64,000 nucleotides of DNA from Alphaproteobacteria bacterium (GCA_965228895.1 OZ245842.1:2592001-2656000); one strand, 5' to 3'. Counted from the first letter of the stretch, positions 8,351-17,844 are shown. Notes: generated from the sequence alone by a model not told the origin. Translations and numbers: made by a program.

Positions 8351-8527
8351 ATGACACCTGAACAACTAGCAACCAAGGCCAGACGAGCATTTGGTGCCAA
8401 ATGGCAGTCCAAGCTAGCCAGGGCCTCCGGGTACTCTAAGTCCTACATCTCGCTCATTGTGGCGGGGCGCAGGAAGGTGCCCGATGAACTGGTGAAGCTG
8501 CTGGACGCAAAAACGCCCCAGCGGTGA
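8351..8527 (+). CDS. Small XRE/Cro-type HTH regulator (58 aa, below ORF-track cutoff)
   Basis: MTPEQLATKARRAFGAKWQSKLARASGYSKSYISLIVAGRRKVPDELVKLLDAKTPQR. Confidence 0.8.
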   Translation: MTPEQLATKARRAFGAKWQSKLARASGYSKSYISLIVAGRRKVPDELVKLLDAKTPQR

Positions 8528-8569
8528 GGCTGAGGCGCTAGACAGACTGAATGTACAGTACCCAAAATC

Positions 8570-9055
8570 CTACGCCCGGCATTCCAAGAAGTCAAGCTCG
8601 CGCTTGTGTAGCTCACGCTGCCCAGCCATAAACCGCCGATAGCGGGCCTCAAGCTCATCCTCGTCGATGATCTCCGCGTCAAGATCCAGGGCCGCCAACA
8701 CAACCGCCTCTTCGGCTTCTTCAACCCCCACTGTGAACCACTCACCCCGAAGGTTCTTGTCTGATAGCAACTCGTGGGCGCGCCTCTCTACCCGCTCAGA
8801 GACCAAACGCCCCACAAACCAAAAGAACGTGCCCAGCTCCAACTCGCGCCAGCTATCACACTGAATGCCCCGCAGCCTGCTCTCAGGGTTTTCTGCCATG
8901 CCTACTTTGCAGGGGCTGCCAAGCTCCTTGTCTCGAATGATGTAGACACAGTGATACTTCGAGTGCAGAGCAAACGCGAACGGCGTTAACGGGAAGCCAA
9001 ACTCATCAGTGTGTTTCCGGCCTCTACGCCCCAGCTCTAATTGCGCGTCGATCAT
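8570..9055 (-). CDS. GIY-YIG superfamily (T5orf172/MUG113-like) protein
   Basis: VYII...KVGMAENPESRLRGIQ...ERRAHELL...LRGEWF. Confidence 0.8.
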   Translation of the reverse strand: MIDAQLELGRRGRKHTDEFGFPLTPFAFALHSKYHCVYIIRDKELGSPCKVGMAENPESRLRGIQCDSWRELELGTFFWFVGRLVSERVERRAHELLSDKNLRGEWFTVGVEEAEEAVVLAALDLDAEIIDEDELEARYRRFMAGQRELHKRELDFLECRA

Positions 9056-9458
9056 TTTGCTCCTCGTCGTTTATCAGAACAGCCAGCCTTAGATAAATCT
9101 CCATGAGCCGCCGTCGCGCGGTAGACTCGGAAACCCCCATCATTTTGCCCAGCTCAAAGAGCGTGCGGCGGTTCGCCCTTGCCCACACCAACCTTGCCTC
9201 GTCCTGCGGCAAGAGCTGTAGCCACGGAACCGCCTCATCCATTCGATCAATCTCATCCGGAGAAGGTAGAATCCGGCTCTTCAGCGTTAGATCTCTTAGC
9301 GCGGCCTCTGTTGCGTACTTGTCCCACGGGTCGCGTATCCACTCCGGCCAATGCGTTCTATGGCCCATTGGCCCCCGAACAGGCGGCAAGCGGCGAAGCG
9401 TCCGTGCAGCCTCCTTCATCCTAACGGCTATCTCAGCTCCGGTGATGTCGTCACTCAT
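9024..9458 (-). CDS. DUF6362-like protein with sigma70 region-4-like HTH; probable late-gene regulator
   Basis: EAARTLRRLP...WPEW...PSPDEIDRMDEAVPWL...LVWARA...GVSESTARRR; position at end of the early operon. Confidence 0.7.
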   Translation of the reverse strand: MSDDITGAEIAVRMKEAARTLRRLPPVRGPMGHRTHWPEWIRDPWDKYATEAALRDLTLKSRILPSPDEIDRMDEAVPWLQLLPQDEARLVWARANRRTLFELGKMMGVSESTARRRLMEIYLRLAVLINDEEQNDRRAIRAGA

Positions 9459-11505
9459 CGGGGCCTCCGCAGTTCGCCCGTATCGCGCGCCATTGGCTTT
9501 TCTTGTCGCGCTCCACCTCCCGCGCCAGCCTTGCTATCAACTCAAGGGCTTTGTCGGCTCGCATCACGTCGTCGCGATACTTCGAGTCTTCTGCCTCTTG
9601 GGCTATGCGTTGGAGTTCGTTCATTCGGGTGGCTCGCTAGGCAGTTTCCAATGCGTCGGTTGGGGCTCCATGTCGTCGCCACAACACGGGAAATACGCTC
9701 GGCCCTCGGTGTCGATGCAGCCGCCACCAACCTCAATCCATTCGGGGGACCAAAGTTCGAGGTTTACGCCGCGCGGCGCGTTCGCAATATCTTCTCGCCA
9801 GTCACTCATCGCTCATTGAACCCCCTGTGTATCAAGCACACCCAACTCTGCGCGAAGGGCCTCTTCTGACCCGGCCTCGCCCACCAGCCATCGGAGCACA
9901 TCAGCTATCGTGTGGCTGTCAGTGATAACGTGGTATTCGTCGCCCTGCGGTTCGGACACGAACTTCAAAAGCGGAGTCTTAATCTCCATCGTTAAACTCC
10001 ATCGCCATCATCTCGTGACCCAAGAAACCCTTCGAGTCTTCGATCAAGCTCTTGCTGCCATTGGTCTTGGTGCAGATGACAGTAACCGTTGTCCGTTGCG
10101 CAGTTCTTACATTGCCTATCGCGCCAGCCGTTTGAGCCACGGGCAATAACAATTGCCTTGCAAAGGCCGTCATCATCCATCGTTAAACTCCCGTATCCTC
10201 TTGCCACTCACCGCACCATTCATCGCCTGTGGTGAAGGGCCAAACACCGTCGTGTGCCGTGCCACCAGCCCACTCATAGGCTTTCAGTGAAGGTGCGTGA
10301 CGACGGCATTGAAATGAACCGCGCTGCGCACCCGCACCACGCCAAAACCGGCATGTTGCACAACACTCTGTCTTGTCCGGGCCTCTGTCAGACATCGTCA
10401 ACGATCCGCTCTACTTCTTCCCGCGTCACCTTGCCGGGATTCTCAATTTCCATCTCGCCGTATATCCAACTGATGCGCTGGGCTCGCTTCTCCTCTGGCG
10501 TCATCTTGTGATGTTTTGCCGCCTCCAAAAGTTCGTCGAGCTTTGGCCTGTCAGTCATTGGTTGTGTTCCCTGACTCTCCGGTGTGTTGGGCCAACTCAG
10601 CTTTGCCAGACGTGCAATTCGGGCATAGAACGATGTTGTCGAGGTTGTCTTTGCAACGGATGTAGCCGGTGTCAAAGCACGTCGCGCACGATGGCTTGCC
10701 CGCCCTCTCCAGCTTCGTTAGGCGCTCTTCAAGGTGTTTGACGACGCTTTCCAGATTCAGAAGCCTAGCCTCGTCTGTCATTCACCCTCTCCATCTTTGG
10801 TGGCGTGTGCAATGAGCGCCAGCAACGCTTCGGTATCGTCCACTTTCTCGAATTTCCATGGCCTGTTCTCGAGGACGCGCACCGCTTCATCTGGAGCCAG
10901 ACCGCCGCGCGAAGCCAACGTTTCAAGCGACTGACTGTGGTTCGCCTTGGCGCGTTCTTCGTGAGGAGCAAACAGCGACCACGGCAGGTAAATTCGCTTC
11001 GGCATCATGATCGGGAACTTGCGCTCACCCATTGCCGTTCTCCTTGGCCTCAGTACCTTGTCAGGTATTCGGGGTTGTTGAGCATGGCTTCGCGCTCCTC
11101 GACGTGTTTCTCCTTGGCCTCGTGTGCTTGGATGAGGGCTATGCAGAGGGCTAGGGCAGTGCATTTGCCGCCGCGCCCGTTGAGGCCGCCTTGGTATTCG
11201 GCAACACCCTCATCGTTGTCCGCCAGACAGCGCAGCCACGCCGAGTCTTCTTCGAGCGTCCACACCCACCCCTCCGGCACCAGTGACAGGGCGTCGTCTA
11301 CCGAGAAGCTGGGATGTGGCCGCGCTTCGTCTTCGTAAATCGGGCGACACATCGCGCCGTCGTACAAGCGAGGCTCCGGCGCGCTCCACCACGTCTCTTG
11401 GCCCTTGTCAGTGTGTGTCCACCCAAGCGCCAGCAACACCTCGTCAGACAAAGCGCGTGAGCCCGAAGGGGCGGCGTGGAGCCTTTGGAGGAGTGAGTTA
11501 GTCAT
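9451..11505 (-). other. Run of small, translationally coupled phage hypothetical genes (nin-like region)
   Basis: About 8 ORFs of 55-150 aa, mostly with overlapping or adjacent stop/start codons (e.g. 9451-9624, 9621-9809, 9992-10180, 10778-11032, 11050-11505). Confidence 0.65.
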
Positions 11506-11960
11506 AAGACGTGCCTCCATGTCCGCCGATTGAGCACAGAGGCGACGGCCGAATCAGAAACTTCGAAGTGGCGCGCTATTTCTCGTTTGGTGAACGACCC
11601 CGACATCTGCCTGATAGCGCGCACATCACACTCTTTTAGTTTTGCTCTTCCATGGTTCCTCCCCAAAGGTGGACGATGACGCCCCTTCCTCACCATATCT
11701 GCCATGTTTTCCAGTTTTATCCCCAAGAACAGATGCAAAGGGTTCACGCAGGCGGGGTTATCGCAACTGTGACAAACCTCAATCCCTTCGGGTATGGGGC
11801 CGCGCGCCACCTCATATGCAATCCTCGATGCGATCCGTGACTTGCCGTCACGCCAGAATCTCCCGTAGCCGCTGTTGAACAACGATAACTTCCAAGGCCA
11901 ACAGTCATCATCGCCACCGCGCTCGTAACTGCGCTCAAAACGTCTCAACCATTCATCCAT
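11502..11960 (-). CDS. HNH endonuclease with C-terminal HTH (homing-endonuclease type)
   Basis: CWPWK...GYGRF...VCHSCDNPACVNPLHLFLG...ENMADM...EIARHFEVS. Confidence 0.9.
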   Translation of the reverse strand: MDEWLRRFERSYERGGDDDCWPWKLSLFNSGYGRFWRDGKSRIASRIAYEVARGPIPEGIEVCHSCDNPACVNPLHLFLGIKLENMADMVRKGRHRPPLGRNHGRAKLKECDVRAIRQMSGSFTKREIARHFEVSDSAVASVLNRRTWRHVL

Positions 11961-13322
11961 TAGCGTCTCCGTCGTCTGGGGCGGGCTTAGCGAACTGGAC
12001 AATGATGGGCGGCGGGTTCAGCGCTTTCTGTAAAATGATGGGGTCCATGAGCGCCGCGATGTGTTCGTCCTTCATGGCGATAACCTTGCGCAGGTGGTCA
12101 TTCTCTCGCTGCAATTCGTCGCGATGTCGCTCAATTGCCTTCCAATAATTTTCGGATGCGCTCAAGGCTCTACCCTCTCGTCTGCTGCCCAGGGGGCGCA
12201 TTCATACGGATAGAACTGATCGCAATTCGCACAACGCCAGCCGTAGTATTCTTCGCGCCAGTCGTGTCTCCACCCGCACTCGCGCGGCGCATTCTCCATG
12301 TCTGTGCGCCATGTCATGACAGCAACCACACAAGCGAAACAACGCCGAGCAAGACAATGAGCGCGCAAATGACTGTATCGGTGTGGCTCATGTCTCCGTC
12401 CCCACACTGACATAGACAGGGCCAAGCCAAAGAACGAAGCGCCCGAAATGCCCGCAGTCCCGGCCAACAAAACAGCCCCAAATTGGAAAGCGCATCGTGA
12501 ACGTCATGCCTTCTCTCCCACACTGACATCGGGGGCGTCCAATTCTGACTCGTGCATGGATAACGTGATGTTCCCGGCGCTAATGCTGACAACATCGAAG
12601 CCGCGCTTGCGGAGACGCTTAATGAGCTCTTCGGCTTCGGCAATATATCCAGAGTACGCGCCGCCCAAGGCACCCAACTCCAATTCTTCTGCCCTCTTAC
12701 CAAGGCGAAACTTGTCCAGCTTCCCATCAATACTGGCCCACACCTCCGCCAATGCTTTCACGTTCTCTGGCGCTTCTACGGGTGTGTTCATGGGGAGTCT
12801 CCGTAGATGGGGTGTTCAGTCCACAGCACGAAGTCGTCAGCCTCGTACACGTCGCCACGCTCAACCGCGTCGTGAAACTCCACCTCATCGAAGATGTCTG
12901 CGCCGCGCGACGGCCAGCACCACTTCTGCAACGGCTCACCATCGTCGTACTTCTCCACCCATCGGGCGGTTACCACCGTGTCGCACACGCCAAAGTCAGA
13001 TTGCGGACGGCAAACAACGATGGGCTCGCCGTCCTTGCGCGCTGTTTCAATTGGCTCCCAGTCCATATGTCTCTCTCCCGTGCTAGGCTGCGCTGTCTTC
13101 AAACTCGCTACCCGCAACCCAAACAGCCGAGCCGCCCGTAAACTCCATGTTCGCCCACTCGCAGCGGTAATAGGCCCTGCCGTCCGAGCCAGCGTTTCGC
13201 ACATAGCCCTGAGCACCCCACGGCTTTGGCTCCGACACCACCATCAGGCAGCCCGCGAAACGCTTGTCGTGTTCGGGATCGATCTGGACGATATCGCCCG
13301 GTTTGAGTTCGCATGGTTCCAT
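11953..13322 (-). other. Second run of small phage hypothetical genes
   Basis: ORFs 12504-12791, 12788-13066 (MDWEPIETARKDG), 13083-13322 and smaller ones. Confidence 0.6.
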
Positions 13323-13348
13323 CTCTCATCTCTCCCGTGGTGTGGGGG

Positions 13349-13906
13349 TTAGGCCATCAAGTTGGCTTTGACTTCGGCAAGCACTTCAGCAACTCGCGCC
13401 TTTTCCTCGTCAGTCGGCGGTGTCCATGGCTCGCGTTTCGGCTTGGCGTTGCCTTTTGCGATATGCTCGGCACGCCACAACTGAGCACGGCGCTCTTTCA
13501 ACAAGGGCTCGGCAATGGCCAGCAAGTCGGAAACGGCGGGCCACCACGGCTCGCTTCTGCGCCATACGTCCACGGCAGTTTGCAAGATGTCCGATGGGAT
13601 CTCCGACAAGTCCCGCTGGTAGTCCTCGAAGATGAGCTTCCATTGCCCGTCGGTGTGGCCCGGAACGTTTCGACAGTGCAGCTTCAGCCGTGCCAGAAGG
13701 GCCACCACCTCGCGGCTCTCGGCAGGCTCTAGCGCCGCCTCAATGCGGCACGCAGCCGCCTTGTAAGCCAGCCTGTCGTCGTCAGGGACGTCAGGACACT
13801 TCCACCGTTTGAACTCACCGTCGTGGTAGTCAGTGTTGTTCGCCAGCGATGACAGAATGTGCGGCTCGCATAAAGGCATCGTCTTCTGGGTTGGTAGGTT
13901 TTGCAC
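13349..13906 (-). CDS. Phage replication-module protein (helicase-loader-inhibitor-like)
   Basis: Follows the initiator; DYQRDLSEIPSDILQTAVDVWRRSEPWWPAVSDL pattern. Confidence 0.5.
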   Translation of the reverse strand: MQNLPTQKTMPLCEPHILSSLANNTDYHDGEFKRWKCPDVPDDDRLAYKAAACRIEAALEPAESREVVALLARLKLHCRNVPGHTDGQWKLIFEDYQRDLSEIPSDILQTAVDVWRRSEPWWPAVSDLLAIAEPLLKERRAQLWRAEHIAKGNAKPKREPWTPPTDEEKARVAEVLAEVKANLMA

Positions 13907-14576
13907 CGCGTAGTCTCCTCGTTATCCAGGCGATAGGATCAACAGGCGTGTTCTTCTGCGCCTCAGCTATCGCCGCCATCGTCAGCTCGTCTCCAAACTC
14001 CGAACACCACTTGCCAGCAAGCGAACGCAGCCTGTCCTTCGGCTTGTCAGCAGCACCCGCCAACCACGTCAGGCCATCACCGAAAATCATCTCTCGGAAC
14101 GTCGGCGGCGAAGCGCCAGAACCGTTAGGTTCTGAATCTTTAGAGGGTATGGCTTCTGGCTTATGGGTCATGGGATGCCCATTGGGTAACCCATTGGGTG
14201 CGGACTTTTTTTGTTTGGTTTCAGCATCTTGCGGCCAACGCTTTCTTGCGTGTTTCTGGCCTTCTTTGGCTCTTTTCGCGTCGCGAACCATGCGACGGCT
14301 GTAGATGCGGCCTTTGCGATCTCGGGAGAAGATGCCCCATCGATCAAGCTCGTCCATGAGGGTTGCCGCCTCGGCAGCTGAGATGGCGGCGGCTTTTGCG
14401 ACACCATTCGCATCAAGGGGTTTGCCTCTAATGGCGAGATAACCTGTCGGCTCGGCTTTCGCGCAGATGCAAAGCATCCGCATCCACAGTCCTTGGGCAG
14501 CAAGTGAGCACTGCCTAAGACCTTCATCTGATTCCCAATCGGACCAGAAGAATTTCGACCATGATGTTCCACTCAC
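13830..14576 (-). CDS. Phage replication initiator-like protein
   Basis: WSKFFWSDWESDEGLRQCSLAAQGLWMRMLCI...IYSRRMVRD N-terminus typical of alphaproteobacterial phage Rep proteins. Confidence 0.7.
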   Translation of the reverse strand: MSGTSWSKFFWSDWESDEGLRQCSLAAQGLWMRMLCICAKAEPTGYLAIRGKPLDANGVAKAAAISAAEAATLMDELDRWGIFSRDRKGRIYSRRMVRDAKRAKEGQKHARKRWPQDAETKQKKSAPNGLPNGHPMTHKPEAIPSKDSEPNGSGASPPTFREMIFGDGLTWLAGAADKPKDRLRSLAGKWCSEFGDELTMAAIAEAQKNTPVDPIAWITRRLRGAKPTNPEDDAFMRAAHSVIAGEQH

Positions 14577-14932
14577 AAAACAACCTTCGTGTGCTTGCGC
14601 GAGTTACACGACTTGCAGAGTGTCTGGAGGTTGGCGGCAACAGTTTCGCCACCAAGTGCAACGGCAAAGATATGATCGACTGTCAGTCGGCGGCGCGCGC
14701 CGCATTCCTGGCATGTGAAGTCATCGCGCTCCCAAACTTCCCACCGCAATAACTCAGGAATGGGAGTCCGTTTTGCGCGCGGGTTTACTCGTGTGTTGAG
14801 GCAACGCAGCGGGATGCTGGTAGCTCGCCTGCCGTGCTGGTGCTGAGTAATGCGGACGACACCATTAGCGCCATACTGCTCAGTCGCAGCGCCGAGCAAT
14901 TCCCCCCTGACATCTTCCCAGAGCTTGCTCAC
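14573..14932 (-). CDS. HNH endonuclease
   Basis: RDDFTCQECG...LTVDHIFAVALGG...NLQTLCKSCNSRK. Confidence 0.9.
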   Translation of the reverse strand: MSKLWEDVRGELLGAATEQYGANGVVRITQHQHGRRATSIPLRCLNTRVNPRAKRTPIPELLRWEVWERDDFTCQECGARRRLTVDHIFAVALGGETVAANLQTLCKSCNSRKHTKVVL

Positions 14933-15300
14933 TACGCCGCCTCCTCAATGCCGTACAGGGTGACGCCGCCGCCGTACTTGCGCTTGAAGAGGTTGTGCTC
15001 TTCCTCTTGGCAAATGAGGTATACGACAGCCTGGTAGACAGCGGGCAGAACGCCGTCATTATCGCGCTCGCACGCCCTGTTCCACTTCTCCAGCGCGTAC
15101 TTAACGGATGTGTGGTGAAGCCCCCACATGCGGGAGATGTCTATGGGGCGCATCTCGTAGTGGATGCGCATGACGCGCATGATGAGCCAGCGTGTCTCGG
15201 CACAGTCACGTTGCCGGTAGCCAGCCATGACGCGGCGCTTGTCCACCTCCATCTTTTCGCACGCGAGGTTAACGAGGAAGTCGAACTGTCGTTTGTTCAT
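14932..15300 (-). CDS. DnaA C-terminal (domain IV)-like DNA-binding protein
   Basis: RQRDCAETRWLIM...ISRMWGLHHTSVKYALEK resembles the DnaA R-D-H-T-T-V helix. Confidence 0.7.
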   Translation of the reverse strand: MNKRQFDFLVNLACEKMEVDKRRVMAGYRQRDCAETRWLIMRVMRIHYEMRPIDISRMWGLHHTSVKYALEKWNRACERDNDGVLPAVYQAVVYLICQEEEHNLFKRKYGGGVTLYGIEEAA

Positions 15301-15680
15301 GACAACCCCCACACAGACACACTGCACGTCTTCTTCTTCTGCTCTGGGTGCTTTTCTACGGTGAGGTAGTCTACGTACCTGTCGTCGCGTATGACGCCGT
15401 GCATCTGGAGTGCATCCAAAATCGGCTTCAGTCTGTTGTCTGCGTCGGAGCGTCGGCATGTTGGAATGCGGACATGGACAGCAACAGCTGCCGGGAAGCC
15501 TCCCACACCAACAAAGGCCGGTGCCGCCTCCTTCTGCCAGGCAATGTAGCGTTTCGTCTTGACGCGGCCCCTGCCCGGCACGTTCCGGTAGATGGCGTTG
15601 ACGCTGGGGGGCAATGGCAGGTGCAGCATGAGGGCATCCGTCACCATCGGCATACCGACTAGGTGCTTTGCCACTGTCAT
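15297..15680 (-). CDS. rusA: RusA-family Holliday junction resolvase
   Basis: LPLPPSVNAIYR...SDADNRLKPILDAL...GVIRDDRYV. Confidence 0.85.
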   Translation of the reverse strand: MTVAKHLVGMPMVTDALMLHLPLPPSVNAIYRNVPGRGRVKTKRYIAWQKEAAPAFVGVGGFPAAVAVHVRIPTCRRSDADNRLKPILDALQMHGVIRDDRYVDYLTVEKHPEQKKKTCSVSVWGLS

Positions 15681-15972
15681 GCCGCCCTCGTGAGGTGTGG
15701 GGCGAGCCACCGACTATTGTCTAAGTCGCCGCCGGTGATGGCCATGACTGCTCGCCCTCCCCTTGCGGGGAACTGTGCGGGGCAGCAGGTGATGTAATGC
15801 GGCGGTTCGTCACCGCCCTGCAACTGCTGCCCCGCTAGCGTCCCGGAAGGGTGTACAGGACGCGAAAGAGTGGACGGCTGGCCGGGTTTGGGAGGGGCAA
15901 TAACCAGCCGCCCCGGCGTGACGAACGAATTGGAGGTGGGGTTTCTCCACTTTGCTGAACACGCCAAACTCA

Positions 15973-16299
15973 TCAAGCAGCGCTCCGCATTTCAGCGTCC
16001 TGCTTGTTCCATCCTGCGTTCCACATGTCGTAGTAGATGTGGCCGGGTATATGTGGGTTAGCCTTGAGGCTTTCGTTCCGATATCGAGCGGCCACGCCCA
16101 TCTGAAAGCGCATACCCAGGAAGCCTGTTGTGGGGCGGATGCCAAACTTGTAACGCGGGTAGTCGCGCTCTGCGGCAGCCTTGATGCGCTCGGCTGTCTC
16201 CAGTTTCCTGTAGGGGCCGCCCCAGCGTTTTTGATAGCCTTGGCCGTCGGCAAACAACACATAACCTTCGATGGGAAGTTCCATAGTTACCTCCGTCAT
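15973..16299 (-). CDS. Hypothetical phage protein
   Basis: 108-aa ORF coupled to the upstream gene. Confidence 0.55.
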   Translation of the reverse strand: MTEVTMELPIEGYVLFADGQGYQKRWGGPYRKLETAERIKAAAERDYPRYKFGIRPTTGFLGMRFQMGVAARYRNESLKANPHIPGHIYYDMWNAGWNKQDAEMRSAA

Positions 16300-16751
16300 G
16301 CCACCACTCCAGGGCGGCGTTTCTGAACTTCATCAAGAACACGCTGCGCGGCGTCTACGGCTTCCCGCGCCTCTTTCTCAGCGCGCGTGTAGTCGGCGAA
16401 GTCGAACTGCTCCCTTCCTCGAATTACATCCACCGCCTCGCCCAACTCTTTCGCTGCGTCCAACAAGAGCTCGTCAAGGCTGGAAACATGCGGCGGCTTG
16501 TCGTCATTCGGGACTAGGCTATAGCCCTGTAACCGTGCTAAACTGCGGGTTACGGCGGGTTCGCCTATGTCCTGTTCCAAGTCCAACACAGCATCGATGG
16601 GTATGCAGTCGGACTTGTCCGGGTTGCCGTAGTTCGAGAGTGACGACTTCGAACGGTTCACCACCTGCGCGGCTGACTCACACCCGCCCGCCATCTTGAC
16701 GGCATGACGTGTTGCAGCTTTCAGCGCGTAGACTTGTTCCTCACGCCTCAT
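16296..16751 (-). CDS. Phage CII-like regulatory protein
   Basis: LKAATRHAVKMAGGCESAA...SLSNYGNP...IPIDAVLDLE...G.P.VTRSLA; downstream of cro. Confidence 0.7.
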   Translation of the reverse strand: MRREEQVYALKAATRHAVKMAGGCESAAQVVNRSKSSLSNYGNPDKSDCIPIDAVLDLEQDIGEPAVTRSLARLQGYSLVPNDDKPPHVSSLDELLLDAAKELGEAVDVIRGREQFDFADYTRAEKEAREAVDAAQRVLDEVQKRRPGVVA

Positions 16752-17085
16752 TGGAATTTCTCCCGACTTGTCCACTCGCCGAACAACCAGTCGGCGGGCA
16801 TATTCCCAATCATCGAGTCCGTTAAAAGCAGGTGAGATTTATGGGCGCACTTCTCTCTGTCGCTGAGCTGTGTTCCAGACTCGCCAAGGATGTCGCGAAG
16901 GCTGGGTTCGTCGGCCCGGTCGTATTTCCGTTGGCTATCCGTGCTCATGTGACCTCGCGCACGAAGGCCGCCGATCGCGGAACAAAAGGCGCACTTGGTG
17001 GAACGCTCGTGATAGAATTGGGACCAACCCACACAACGCGGGGGTTAACCCAATGGGAGAAGTTGTTTGTTTGGCGACACATAGG

Positions 17086-17298
17086 TCAGGCCGCCTCGGA
17101 GTTTTCGGAAAAGAACCTTTGGAACTTTTCGTACGTCCGAACGGTGAACCCCGCGCCCTCCTCAAGTCGCGAGAAAAACGCAGTGTCGTTCATGACTTTC
17201 CGGCCCAGCGTCGGAAGGCTCATCCCCTCCGTCGCGCAGAACTGGCGAGCCTGCTCCAGAAGCTGTGTGCGAAGCGAGGTGTTGTGATGGATGTTCAT
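17086..17298 (-). CDS. Cro-like repressor
   Basis: 70 aa, GMSLPTLGRKVMNDTAFFSRLEEG; divergent from CI. Confidence 0.75.
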   Translation of the reverse strand: MNIHHNTSLRTQLLEQARQFCATEGMSLPTLGRKVMNDTAFFSRLEEGAGFTVRTYEKFQRFFSENSEAA

Positions 17299-17311
17299 GA
17301 TTTCCTGTATA

Positions 17312-17381
17312 GCGGATTTTCCCGTGACACCGCAAGCGGTTTTTCCCGTGGTGCTATTTGGGGTCGGGTGCGGGAAAATCC
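17312..17381. promoter_or_regulatory. OR-like operator region: three GGATTTTCCCG-type sites; cro promoter TTGCGG-18-TATACA on minus strand
   Basis: Sites at 17312-17326, 17336-17350 (one mismatch) and inverted 17371-17381. Confidence 0.8.
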
Positions 17382-17385
17382 ATAC

Positions 17386-17721
17386 ATGGCGTTGGACACT
17401 TTTTTAGAGCGGCTGGATTGGGCGATAGCCCGCGAGGACACGAGTCGTCGTGCTGTGGCTATCGAGTGTGATCTTCACCCCAACTACTTCACGGCATTCA
17501 CGCAGCCCAGCCACAAGCGCACAAAGAGCCCCCGCGCCGAAACGGTGGTGGCTATAGCTAACCATCTAAGAATAGACGCAAAATGGCTCGCAACTGGCGA
17601 GGGTGAGCCAGGCGGTGATGAGAGCCTACCGGCGGAGTATGGCTCCCTAGACGGCGCAGACCGGGCATTCGTCCACGACTTAATCCGCCAGCTCGCCGCG
17701 CGGGCCAAGCCAACCGGCTAA
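17386..17721 (+). CDS. CI-like XRE repressor lacking an S24 peptidase domain (111 aa)
   Basis: FLERLDWAI...SRRAVAIECDL...SPRAETVVAIANHLRIDAKWLATGEG. Confidence 0.8.
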   Translation: MALDTFLERLDWAIAREDTSRRAVAIECDLHPNYFTAFTQPSHKRTKSPRAETVVAIANHLRIDAKWLATGEGEPGGDESLPAEYGSLDGADRAFVHDLIRQLAARAKPTG

Positions 17722-17783
17722 AGTACCTCCCCCAACCTCCCGTGACGAACCGACTGACGCAGAGCTTTAATTCTGCCGTGTGA

Positions 17784-17823
17784 CGGATTTTCCCTTGACA
17801 GCGGATTTTCCCGTTGCTACCTA
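17784..17823 (+). promoter_or_regulatory. OL/PL-like promoter with two operators
   Basis: TTGACA (17795)-17 nt-TACCTA; CGGATTTTCCC at 17784 and again within the spacer at 17802. Confidence 0.85.
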
Positions 17824-17844
17824 GTAGTCCATCCCAATGCGGAG

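Noticed and set aside
16870-17721. 283-aa ORF as the primary repressor annotation
   Set aside because: The HTH begins at ATG 17386 and the upstream part overlaps cro and operators; kept only as a speculative isoform.
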